64,000 nt of DNA from an uncultured bacterium (GTDB lineage Bacteria > Patescibacteriota > Minisyncoccia > Phycocordibacterales > DATDWN01), in contig CAIOTC010000018.1 of NCBI GenBank assembly GCA_903861205.1, positions 11,800-75,799 on the forward strand, given 5' to 3'. Position numbers and translations under genes: made by a program. The notes below the pieces were generated by a model. That model searched no databases, had not been told where the DNA came from, and saw only the letters and a program-made list of their open reading frames with translations. Position 1 is the stretch's first letter. Each line of letters opens with the position of its first letter. Positions 31,036 to 39,660 of this stretch are shown piece after piece.

Positions 31036-31989
31036 TTATTTTTTGTCTTTAGGGCGATTTTTTAGAAACCAATCAATAGTTTTTTTCAATCCTGTTTTTA
31101 AATCTACTTCTGAAACAAATCCGAGTTCTCTTTTGGCAAGACTTACATCCAACTTTCTTCTTGGTTGTCCGTCCGGTTTGGTTTTATCCCAGACGATTTT
31201 TCCTTTGTAATCAATTATTTCCGCAATAATTTTAATTACATCTTTTATTTTGATTTCAAAACTACTACCTATATTTATAGGATTAACGTTGTTGTATTTC
31301 AGTGTTGCCAAAACTATTGCTCTGGCCGCATCTTCTACAAATAAAAATTCACGACTGGCCCGTCCCGTACCCCAGACAACCACTTCCGGTTTGTTTTGCT
31401 CTTTAGCCTCAACAAATCGTCGTATAAGAGCGGGAATAACATGTGAATGGGTGGGATTAAAATTATCTCTGGGGCCGTATAGATTTACCAAAATGAGGTT
31501 GATTCCGTTAAAATCATACTGATCCTTATAAGCTTCCAGTTGAACTATGAGCATTTTTTTCGATAATCCATACGGAGCATTTGTTTCTTCGGGGTAACCT
31601 ATCCAGAGATCTTCTTCCATAAAGGGGATTCGAATGGGGATTTTAGGATATGCGCAGACGGTTCCGATTTGAACAAATTTTTTTACTTTGGCTTTGCGAG
31701 CTTCTTCTATAAGATGTATTCCCATTACAGCATTATCGTAAAATAAAATTCCCGGAAATTCTTTGTTGAAACCTATACCTCCGACTGTTGCGGCCAAGTG
31801 AATAACCACGTCCATATTTTTTACTGCCTTCTCGCAATTTTTTTGTATTCGCAAATCCAACTTTTTACTTCTTGGGCGAAAAATATTTTTTTCTTGAGCG
31901 CCGTTTTTCAAAAGTCCTTCAAACACAGCCTGTCCCAAAAAACCGTAACCCCCGGTAAGCAAAATTTTTTTGTTTTTTATATCAATCAT
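31036..31989 (-). CDS. fcl: GDP-L-fucose synthase (or ColC-like reductase)
   Basis: HLAATVGGIG, CAYP, NLYGP.DNF, SHVIPAL, WGTG..SREF, KPDGQPR. Confidence 0.9.
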   Translation of the reverse strand: MIDIKNKKILLTGGYGFLGQAVFEGLLKNGAQEKNIFRPRSKKLDLRIQKNCEKAVKNMDVVIHLAATVGGIGFNKEFPGILFYDNAVMGIHLIEEARKAKVKKFVQIGTVCAYPKIPIRIPFMEEDLWIGYPEETNAPYGLSKKMLIVQLEAYKDQYDFNGINLILVNLYGPRDNFNPTHSHVIPALIRRFVEAKEQNKPEVVVWGTGRASREFLFVEDAARAIVLATLKYNNVNPINIGSSFEIKIKDVIKIIAEIIDYKGKIVWDKTKPDGQPRRKLDVSLAKRELGFVSEVDLKTGLKKTIDWFLKNRPKDKK

Positions 31990-32007
31990 AATTTTGGTCT
32001 TAATAAT

Positions 32008-33036
32008 TTATTTATTTTTTTCGTAATCATACTCGGTCATGATTTTGACCAGCTCTTTGAATTTCACTTTTGGTTTCCAACCCAGTTTTTTCTTGGCTTT
32101 GGAATAGTCGCCGAGGAGTATTTCCACTTCGGCCGGACGAAAATAAACCGGGTCGATTTCAATTATAACTTTCCCTGTTTTTTTATCAACACCTTTCTCT
32201 TTCAAACCTTTTCCTTTCCAGACGATGTCCATTCCCAGTGTCTTGGCCGCCTCTTCGACGAATTCCCGGACCGTGTGAGTTTCGTTCGTGGCCAATATAT
32301 AGTCGTCCGGAGTTTTTTGCTGAAGCATCAGCCACATTCCCGCCACGTAATCTTTGGCGTAACCCCAGTCTCTTTTGGCGTCAAGATTTCCGAGATATAT
32401 TTTGTCTTGAGTCCCTAGTTTTATTTTGGAAAGACCTTTTGTTATTTTTCTGGTCACGAAAGTTTCTCCGCGACGCTCCGATTCGTGATTAAAAAGTATC
32501 CCATTCACCGCAAACAATCCATAGCTCTCTCGGTAATTTTTTGTAATCCAATACGAATACACTTTGGCGCAACCGTAAGGCGAGCGGGGATGGAAAGGGC
32601 TCGTTTCGCGAAGCGGTATCTCGCTGGCCAGACCGAACATTTCGGAAGACGACGCCTGGTAAAATTTTGTTTTTATGCCACTTGACCTGATGACGTCGAG
32701 TATGCGCGTGGTGGAGAGTCCCGTCACGTCGCCGGTGTATTCGGGCAAATCGAAACTGACCCGGACGTGGCTTTGGGCGCCAAGATGGTAAATTTCATCC
32801 GGTTTTACTTGTTCCAATATTCTATTTATATTGCTGGAATCGGAAAGATCGCCAAAGTGTAAATGGAGATTGACATTTTTCGTATGCGGATCGTTGTAAA
32901 GATGGTCTATCCGGCCGGTATTAAAAGAGCTTGATCGTCGAATAATGCCGTGCACTTCGTACCCTTTTTCCAAAAGCAACTCGGCCAAGTACGAGCCGTC
33001 CTGGCCGGTGATGCCGGTAATCAAAGCTTTTTTCAT
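32008..33036 (-). CDS. gmd: GDP-mannose 4,6-dehydratase
   Basis: [42 protein letters not shown]. Confidence 0.97.
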   Translation of the reverse strand: MKKALITGITGQDGSYLAELLLEKGYEVHGIIRRSSSFNTGRIDHLYNDPHTKNVNLHLHFGDLSDSSNINRILEQVKPDEIYHLGAQSHVRVSFDLPEYTGDVTGLSTTRILDVIRSSGIKTKFYQASSSEMFGLASEIPLRETSPFHPRSPYGCAKVYSYWITKNYRESYGLFAVNGILFNHESERRGETFVTRKITKGLSKIKLGTQDKIYLGNLDAKRDWGYAKDYVAGMWLMLQQKTPDDYILATNETHTVREFVEEAAKTLGMDIVWKGKGLKEKGVDKKTGKVIIEIDPVYFRPAEVEILLGDYSKAKKKLGWKPKVKFKELVKIMTEYDYEKNK

Positions 33037-33096
33037 ATGCAAGTTATACCATAATGGTATTTTCTTTTCCAATTTGGATTTGCTATACTTTCAAAC

Positions 33097-35268
33097 ATGA
33101 AAACAAAAAAAATACTCGAGTGGATAATTATGGGCGGTTTGTTTCTGACTCCGTTCATCGCTTTTATTGTTTTGGGAAACACTTTTTTCCCTTTTATCAC
33201 CGGTAAAGGATTCGCTTTCAGGATTCTGATTGAAATTCTGTTCGGCCTGTATGTCGTGCTCTCTGCCATGGCGCCGGAGTATCGACCAAAAATGTCCTGG
33301 GTCACAAAAGCGGTCGGCGCTTTCGTCCTGGTCACTCTGGTGGCCGATCTTTTTTCCGCCAACGTCTACAAAAGCCTTTGGAGCAACTACGAGCGTATGG
33401 AAGGTTTCGTTTTGATTTTTCACCTCGCACTATATTATATAGTGGCGACCGGCATGTTTCGAACGATGTCGCGTTGGATAGAGTGGATTAATGTCACGTT
33501 AGGCGCCAGCGTCATCATGTCCATTTATGGCGTTCTTCAGCTTCTCGGCAAAGCGACTATCAACCAAGGCGGCGTTCGTCTCGACGGCAAGTTTGGCAAC
33601 GCATCGTATTTCGCCATCTACCTCGTCTTCCATATTTTCCTGGCTCTATATATGTTGTCGCGCCATTACCGATTTGCTTGGCAGAAATGGATTTACGGCG
33701 TGGTGGCCTTGTTTGAAATTTGGATTTTGTACTTTACCGCCACGCGCGGCGCCATTCTCGGTTTTATCGGCGGACTTTTGCTCGCGGCCATTCTCATTGC
33801 TTGGCGGGAAAAAGAAAATAAAATTATACGCAAAGTCGCTCTCGGCACTTTGGCCGGTATTATAATTCTTGGCGCCGGTTTTGTGGCGATCCGCAATGTG
33901 TCATTTGTCAGAAACAGTTCTGTTTTGTCGCGTTTTTCTTCGCTTAGTCCGAGCGAATTTCAAACACAGGGAAGATATTATGTTTGGCCGATGGCCATCA
34001 AAGGTTTTCTCGACCGACCGGTTTTCGGCTGGGGACAGGAGAGCTTCAATTTCGTTTTCAACAAATATTATGATCCGCGAATGTACGGACAGGAGCAGTG
34101 GTTTGACCGCACGCACGACGTCGTTTTGGATTGGCTCATTAACGGCGGAATTGTCGGACTTTTGGCCTACGCTTCGATGTTTGCCGCGGTCATGTATTGC
34201 CTGTGGCGCAAGAAAAGCGAATTTTCCGTTATCGAAAAAAGTTTGTTCACTGGCATGATTGCCGCTTACGTATTCCACAATTTATTCGTTTTTGATAATC
34301 TGGTCAGTTACATTTTGTTTTTCTCCATTTTGGCTTTTGTTCACACAAAAAGTACGTTGCATGATGCTCCGACCGGCAAATTTTACACTTACACTTTTTC
34401 CAAAGATACTTTGCGATACGCGATCGTGCCTGTTGTCGGTGTGGTTGCGATCGGTGCGGTTTACTTTGTCAATGTGCCGGCTATAAAGGAAAATCTCACT
34501 TTGATTCAAGCCATCACGCCTCAACAGACAGGCGGCGCGGAAGCCAATCTGGCGCTCTTCAAAAAAGCTTTCGCCTACAATTCATTCGGTAACAGCGAAG
34601 CTCTCGAACAACTCATTTCGGTCAGTTCGCAAGTGGCCCAATCCCAAACTCCGGATTCGGTCAAGCAGGAATTTTACAATTTCGCCAAGGAACAGTTGGA
34701 AAAGAAAATAGCTTCCACGCCTCACGACGCGCGCTACTTGGCTTTCGCCGGCAGTTTCTTAAACCAGTTCGGTCAATACGATTTGGCCATTCCGTACTTG
34801 CAACGCGCTGTTGTGGAATCTCCGGGAAAACAGGCCATGTACTTTGAACTCGGCACTTCTTATGTCGGGAAAAGAGATTACGCCGGCGCTTTTGATTTGT
34901 TCAAAAAAGCTTACGACCTCGAGCCGAATTCTCCGGAATCGAAAATCATTTACGCAGTTGGCGCCATTTACACCAAGAACGCCGACGTTCTAAAGCAAAT
35001 CGGTCCGCAGATTGACGCCAAAACCATCGTGAGCGACAATCGCTTTTTGCAGGCCTACGCCACCATCGGGGATTACCAAAGCGTCATTGCCATTCTGACC
35101 GAAAGATTGAAAGCCGATCCGACAAACATGCAGTTTGAGATCTCGCTCGCTTCGGCCTATTTACAAATCGGCCAGAAACAGAAAGCGATTGATATCCTAA
35201 ATCAGATGATCAAACAAGACCCAACCTTCAAAGATCAGGGTGAAGCGTATATCAAGCAAGTCCAGTAA
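33097..35268 (+). CDS. O-antigen-ligase-like (Wzy_C) membrane protein with C-terminal TPRs
   Basis: GNASYFA, TATRGA, R..VW, FGWG..F, DRTH..LD; TPR-like helical repeats after residue ~500. Confidence 0.85.
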   Translation: MKTKKILEWIIMGGLFLTPFIAFIVLGNTFFPFITGKGFAFRILIEILFGLYVVLSAMAPEYRPKMSWVTKAVGAFVLVTLVADLFSANVYKSLWSNYERMEGFVLIFHLALYYIVATGMFRTMSRWIEWINVTLGASVIMSIYGVLQLLGKATINQGGVRLDGKFGNASYFAIYLVFHIFLALYMLSRHYRFAWQKWIYGVVALFEIWILYFTATRGAILGFIGGLLLAAILIAWREKENKIIRKVALGTLAGIIILGAGFVAIRNVSFVRNSSVLSRFSSLSPSEFQTQGRYYVWPMAIKGFLDRPVFGWGQESFNFVFNKYYDPRMYGQEQWFDRTHDVVLDWLINGGIVGLLAYASMFAAVMYCLWRKKSEFSVIEKSLFTGMIAAYVFHNLFVFDNLVSYILFFSILAFVHTKSTLHDAPTGKFYTYTFSKDTLRYAIVPVVGVVAIGAVYFVNVPAIKENLTLIQAITPQQTGGAEANLALFKKAFAYNSFGNSEALEQLISVSSQVAQSQTPDSVKQEFYNFAKEQLEKKIASTPHDARYLAFAGSFLNQFGQYDLAIPYLQRAVVESPGKQAMYFELGTSYVGKRDYAGAFDLFKKAYDLEPNSPESKIIYAVGAIYTKNADVLKQIGPQIDAKTIVSDNRFLQAYATIGDYQSVIAILTERLKADPTNMQFEISLASAYLQIGQKQKAIDILNQMIKQDPTFKDQGEAYIKQVQ

Positions 35269-35269
35269 A

Positions 35270-35370
35270 TGTAACAATTTACAATTTTCAATTTCCAATG
35301 AATTTTTCAATGAACCAATTGATCAATTGATTCATTCATTGGAAATTGTAAATTGTTACTTGAAAATTGT
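35270..35370. repeat. Degenerate heptamer (AATTTCC-type) inverted-repeat tract
   Basis: GTAACAATTTACAATTT...AAATTGTAAATTGTTAC; shares CAATTTCCAATGAATTTTTCAATG and AATTGATCAATTGATTCATTCATTG with 35641-35760. Confidence 0.7.
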
Positions 35371-35379
35371 TCGCCGAGC

Positions 35380-35408
35380 TTGCATTGTCGGCGAACCTGT
35401 AGTATACT
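35380..35408 (+). promoter_or_regulatory. Sigma70-type promoter
   Basis: TTGCAT-N17-TATACT. Confidence 0.6.
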
Positions 35409-35413
35409 GTTCC

Positions 35414-35502
35414 TGTGGGTGTCAATACAAAATTGCGCAAGCGATAATGTACGAACATCAACAACGAATGTCACATAAAGCCCGCTTCTGGCGGGCTTTA
35501 TG
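35414..35502 (+). ncRNA. Candidate small RNA 1
   Basis: Downstream of the promoter; ATTGC-GCAA-GCGAT GNRA hairpin; ends in a perfect 12-bp hairpin at 35474-35502. Confidence 0.4.
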
Positions 35503-35516
35503 CTATACTTATTTTA

Positions 35517-35630
35517 GTTGCTCCTATGCACAGCTAGTGGATAACACTCACAAACTTTGACATTTGTTGGAGGTTCGTCTCCACTGGCGTTGCATCGGAG
35601 TAACAAAAAAATCGCTTCTGCGATTTTTTT
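35517..35630 (+). ncRNA. Candidate small RNA 2 (88-nt rod plus terminator)
   Basis: Extended -10 TGCTATACT at 35501-35509; nested pairings GTTGCTCC/GGAGTAAC, ATGCA/TGCAT, GCTAGTGGA/TCCACTGGC, ACAAA/TTTGT; hairpin with T7. Confidence 0.5.
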
Positions 35631-35640
35631 GTTACTCCGA

Positions 35641-35760
35641 AATTTTCAAGTATCAATTTCCAATTTCCAATGAATTTTTCAATGTTTTAATTAATCAAAC
35701 AGGGCATTTGTGTTTTTGAAAATTGATCAATTGATTCATTCATTGAAAATTGAAAATTCT
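35641..35760. repeat. Second copy of the heptamer-type tract
   Basis: Direct repeats shared with 35270-35370. Confidence 0.7.
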
Positions 35761-35939
35761 TTTTTCTAAAATAATTTTAAAAAAATATTTTAGAAAAAAG
35801 TTATCCACACTTTTCCGCAAAAAAAAGTTTGTATTAAATTCATAAATGTATGATAATTATTGTAGGTCGTAAACAACAAAAAATATTTTTCGAAATAAAT
35901 TTTGTTGCGAACTTAAAAAAATAATTTTTTCTAAATACT

Positions 35940-35993
35940 ATGGCAAAGAAGAAAAAAGTAGCAAAGAAGAAAGCTACAAAGAAGCGAGCATAA
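35940..35993 (+). CDS. 17-aa Lys/Ala-rich basic peptide MAKKKKVAKKKATKKRA
   Basis: ATG...TAA read by hand; followed by its own terminator at 36013-36051. Confidence 0.6.
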   Translation: MAKKKKVAKKKATKKRA

Positions 35994-36012
35994 TCTCAAT
36001 TCTTTCCTACTT

Positions 36013-36051
36013 GTGAAAACCGCACCGTCAAAAGTGCGGTTTTCACTTTTT
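36013..36051 (+). terminator. Intrinsic terminator
   Basis: GTGAAAACCGCAC-N8-GTGCGGTTTTCAC plus T-run. Confidence 0.7.
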
Positions 36052-36072
36052 CGTGCTATAATGACCGACATA

Positions 36073-38553
36073 ATGCTTAATTTTTTGCAAAAAATCATCG
36101 GTTCCGAGACGGATCGCGCCATAAAGCAAATGTGGCCGATTGTCGAGCAAATAAACGCTTTTGAGCCGGAAATGCAAGCGCTTTCTGACGAGCTTTTGCG
36201 CGCCAAAACGGCCGAATTCAAGAAAAGAATTGCCGGAGGAGAAACTTTGGACAATATTTTGCCGGAGGCTTTTGCCACGGTGCGCGAAGCATCGCGTCGA
36301 ACACTCGGCCAGCGTCATTTTGACGTTCAACTGATTGGTGGAATCATTTTGCACCGTGGCGCCATCGCCGAGATGCGCACCGGAGAAGGCAAGACGTTGG
36401 TGGCCACTTTGCCGGCTTATCTGAATTCACTTTCCGGAGAGGGCGTGCACATTGTCACGGTCAACGACTATCTTTCTCGTCGTGATGCTGTTTGGATGGG
36501 ACAAATTTATGATTTTCTTGGTGTTTCCGTCGGTGTCATCAATCACGAAGAATCTTTTATTTACGACAGAACTCACAAAGAGCTCGACAAAGAACGCGAC
36601 ACACTAGGTTCTTTCAAAGTGGTTAATGAATTTTTGCGACCAGTTACACGCGGAGAAAGTTATCGTGCCGACATCACGTACGGAACAAACAACGAATTCG
36701 GTTTCGATTATTTGCGCGACAACATCGAGCACGAGTCCGGCCGTTTGCGACAACCGACGCACAATTTTGCCATTGTTGACGAAATCGATTCCATTTTGAT
36801 CGACGAAGCGCGCACTCCGCTCATTATTTCCGCGCCATCTGGAGATTCCGACGAGTTTTACGTTCGTTTTGCCGACATCGCCAAGAAATTGGAGAAAGGC
36901 GAGCATTACAGCGTCGACGAAAAGTTCAGATCGATATCGCTGACCGACTCCGGCATTAGCCGGGCCGAGGAACTTTTGGGTATTGAAAATATTTATACCG
37001 AAAAAGGCATCAAATATGTTCACCATCTGGAAACAGCCGTGCGGGCGCAAGCACTCTTTACTCTCGACAAGGACTACGTGGTCAAGGATGGCGAGGTTGT
37101 CATCGTCGACGAGTTTACCGGGCGTCTCCAGCCGGGCCGAAGGTGGTCGGAGGGTTTGCATCAGGCGATCGAGGCCAAGGAACACGTGGCTATCCAAAAA
37201 GAATCGCGCACGTTCGCTTCCATCACTTTCCAAAATTATTTCAGATTATACAAAAAGCTTTCCGGTATGACCGGAACAGCCGTGACTTCCGGCGAAGAAT
37301 TTTATAAAGTCTACGGACTTTCTGTTTATGTGGTGCCGACGAACAAACCGACTGTCCGCGATGACAAGAACGATTTGATTTTCCAAACCGAGGCCGGCAA
37401 GTTCAAAGCGATCGCCAAAGAAGTTTCTGTTCGCCACAAAGCGGGCCAGCCGGTTCTTATTGGTACGGCTTCGATTGAAAAAAACGAACTGCTTTCCGAA
37501 TACCTGAAAGCTGAAGGAATTCCGCACGAAGTTTTGAATGCCAAAAATCACACGCGCGAGGGAGAAATCATCGCTCAAGCCGGCAAAAAAGGCGCGGTGA
37601 CCATCGCTACCAACATGGCCGGTCGCGGAGTTGACGTCAAACTCGGCGGAAATCCGGGAAGCGCCGAGGCGCACGAAGAAGTCAAATCTTTTGGCGGACT
37701 TTTTGTACTTGGCACGGAGCGTCACGATGCGCGCCGAATCGACAACCAGCTGCGCGGGCGATCCGGCAGACAGGGCGATCCGGGGGAGACGCAATTTTTT
37801 GTTTCGCTCGACGATCACCTCATGCGCGTTTTTGGCGGCGACGGTTTCAAAAATTTGCTCGGCAAAATCGGCTTGCGCGATGACGAGCCGATTGAAAACA
37901 GAATGATTACCAAGTCGCTGGAAAACGCTCAGGAAAAAATCGAAGGCTTCAACTTTGACGCTCGCAAACACGTTTTGGAATACGACGACGTTTTGAATTT
38001 TCAGAGAAAAATAGTGTACGCCGAACGCCGCGAAGTTTTGCTCGGTGATGAAAATGCGGTCAAGGAATACCTCCGAAAAAATATCGCGGAAAAACTTCCA
38101 GAAAGTTTGGAACAAATCGAGGAAATAATTTCGAAGGCCGATTCGGAAAAAATGAAAGTTATTCGCGGTGTGATTTTGCAAACCATCGATATGTTTTGGG
38201 TTGATCACCTGGAAATGATGGATTACATGCGCTCGTCGGTTAATCTGCGCGCCTACGGCCAGCGTGACCCTTTAGTGGAATACAAACGTGAAGGACTGAA
38301 ACTTTTCAAAGATATGGAATTTTCAATCGTGGCTGAAATCGTCAAACTTTTACCGCAGATTCAAATGCAATCGCGAGTGGCTTTTGACGCGCCTGTCAAT
38401 TTGCAAGAGGTCCGCGCCGGCGCCGAGGAATTGACCAAAAACGGCCCGAAAGTGGCCGACACCCCCAAAACCCTCGACGGTCAGAAAATCGGAAGGAACG
38501 ATCCATGCTGGTGTGGCTCAAATAAAAAATTTAAACACTGTCACGGGAAGTAA
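36073..38553 (+). CDS. secA: Preprotein translocase ATPase SecA
   Basis: EMRTGEGKT, DEIDSILIDEARTP, TNMAGRG.D, QLRGRSGRQGDPG, SEC-C GRNDPCWCGS..KFKHCHG. Start set behind TGCTATAAT at 36054-36062. Confidence 0.98.
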   Translation: MLNFLQKIIGSETDRAIKQMWPIVEQINAFEPEMQALSDELLRAKTAEFKKRIAGGETLDNILPEAFATVREASRRTLGQRHFDVQLIGGIILHRGAIAEMRTGEGKTLVATLPAYLNSLSGEGVHIVTVNDYLSRRDAVWMGQIYDFLGVSVGVINHEESFIYDRTHKELDKERDTLGSFKVVNEFLRPVTRGESYRADITYGTNNEFGFDYLRDNIEHESGRLRQPTHNFAIVDEIDSILIDEARTPLIISAPSGDSDEFYVRFADIAKKLEKGEHYSVDEKFRSISLTDSGISRAEELLGIENIYTEKGIKYVHHLETAVRAQALFTLDKDYVVKDGEVVIVDEFTGRLQPGRRWSEGLHQAIEAKEHVAIQKESRTFASITFQNYFRLYKKLSGMTGTAVTSGEEFYKVYGLSVYVVPTNKPTVRDDKNDLIFQTEAGKFKAIAKEVSVRHKAGQPVLIGTASIEKNELLSEYLKAEGIPHEVLNAKNHTREGEIIAQAGKKGAVTIATNMAGRGVDVKLGGNPGSAEAHEEVKSFGGLFVLGTERHDARRIDNQLRGRSGRQGDPGETQFFVSLDDHLMRVFGGDGFKNLLGKIGLRDDEPIENRMITKSLENAQEKIEGFNFDARKHVLEYDDVLNFQRKIVYAERREVLLGDENAVKEYLRKNIAEKLPESLEQIEEIISKADSEKMKVIRGVILQTIDMFWVDHLEMMDYMRSSVNLRAYGQRDPLVEYKREGLKLFKDMEFSIVAEIVKLLPQIQMQSRVAFDAPVNLQEVRAGAEELTKNGPKVADTPKTLDGQKIGRNDPCWCGSNKKFKHCHGK

Positions 38554-38572
38554 AAAGCAAGCGAAGCGCAGT

Positions 38573-38608
38573 CCCGTAGTGAACGAGCGAAGCGAGTTTT
38601 ACTACTGG
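38573..38608. repeat. GTAG-tagged REP-like hairpin
   Basis: CCCGTAGTGAAC-GAGCGAAGCGA-GTTTTACTACTGG; a second GCGAAGC lies at 38561. Confidence 0.55.
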
Positions 38609-38623
38609 TGTACAAAAATTTTC

Positions 38624-38833
38624 ATGACAAATAAAATTCTCAAAAAAGAAACTTTTGAAAAAGAAATTGCAATGTGTCAAAAATTGTCAAAAAAGAACGG
38701 CGGTAAATGTAATTGGGGCGAGTGTAAAAAATGCGGTGTTATTCCATTATTGTATAAACTGGGCAAAGGTGAATTGCTAGAAGACCAAGATAAAATTAAA
38801 AAAATAAAGAACATATTGAAAAATCCCAGGTGA
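38624..38833 (+). CDS. Small 4-Cys hypothetical protein (69 aa)
   Basis: C-x10-CNWGECKKC; the stop codon lies inside the REP palindrome. Confidence 0.65.
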   Translation: MTNKILKKETFEKEIAMCQKLSKKNGGKCNWGECKKCGVIPLLYKLGKGELLEDQDKIKKIKNILKNPR

Positions 38834-38842
38834 CACCTGGGA
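38824..38842. repeat. REP palindrome upstream of RAYT1
   Basis: TCCCAGGTG-A-CACCTGGGA, perfect 9-bp arms. Confidence 0.9.
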
Positions 38843-38866
38843 CGGGCGGTGGTACACTTATATCAT

Positions 38867-39559
38867 ATGGTCAATAGAAAAATATCTTTTGTTGAAGGTG
38901 AGTATTATCATGTTTACAATAGGGGGAATAGCAAGCAGAAAATTTTTTTAAATTATGAAGATTATGATAGATTTACAAAACTTTTATTTCTATGCAACTC
39001 GGAGATAAATTTCAAATTTCGGGATGATATTGTAGAACAAAAGATTGATGCTTGGGAATTTGATCGAGGCGAACCAATTGTTTCAATTGGTGCGTGGGTA
39101 TTAATACCAAATCATTTTCATTTATATGTAACTATCAGTCCCAGGTGTCACCTGGGGCCAGAAGAAGATGCAATTGCATACTTTATGCAGAAGTTGTGCA
39201 CCGCTTATTCGATGTATTTTAATAAAAAATATGAGAGAACTGGCAAATTGTTTGAGGGTGTTTTTAAGTCAGTGCATATTGAAAACGATGAATATGCAAA
39301 ATATAACTTTTCTTATATTCACTTAAATCCGGTCAAATTGATTGATTCAAAATGGAAAGAAAATGGGATAAAAGATATCAAAAAAACCTTGAAATTTTTG
39401 GACAAGTATAAATGGAGCAGTTATCTTGATTATAAAGGTATCAAAAGACCAGAAAATAAAATAATTACTCGGAAAGATTTTCCGGATTATTTTAGTAATC
39501 CAAAAATTTTCAAGGAAGAAATTTTTGATTGGTTGAAATTCAATGAAGAGGAAAACTAG
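38867..39559 (+). mobile_element. Y1 HUH transposase, REP-associated (RAYT1)
   Basis: YYHVYNRG, PNHFHL (HUH), YFNKKYERTG.LF, YIHLNP, WSSY; flanked by palindromes. Start set behind TGGTACACT. Confidence 0.9.
39140..39156. repeat. REP palindrome inside the RAYT1 CDS
   Basis: CCCAGGTG-T-CACCTGGG, translated as PRCHLG. Confidence 0.9.
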
Positions 39560-39581
39560 TCCCAGGTGTCACCTGGGGCTA
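39557..39581. repeat. REP palindrome downstream of RAYT1
   Basis: TAGTCCCAGGTG-T-CACCTGGGGCTA, beginning in the stop codon. Confidence 0.9.
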
Positions 39582-39660
39582 CCTTGGACTAGTTTGATTA
39601 GGTTTGAATGATAATTTTATATGGAGTAATATATTGATATAAAATAATCTATATTTAAAA

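Noticed and set aside
35240-35560. 106-aa ORF from the track
   Set aside because: It runs through repeat tracts, promoters and hairpins and is better explained as non-coding.
35414-35640. Assignment as SRP RNA, tmRNA or tRNA
   Set aside because: No CAGG/GGAA/AGCA SRP motif, no tRNA-like ends and no cloverleaf, so it is left unassigned.
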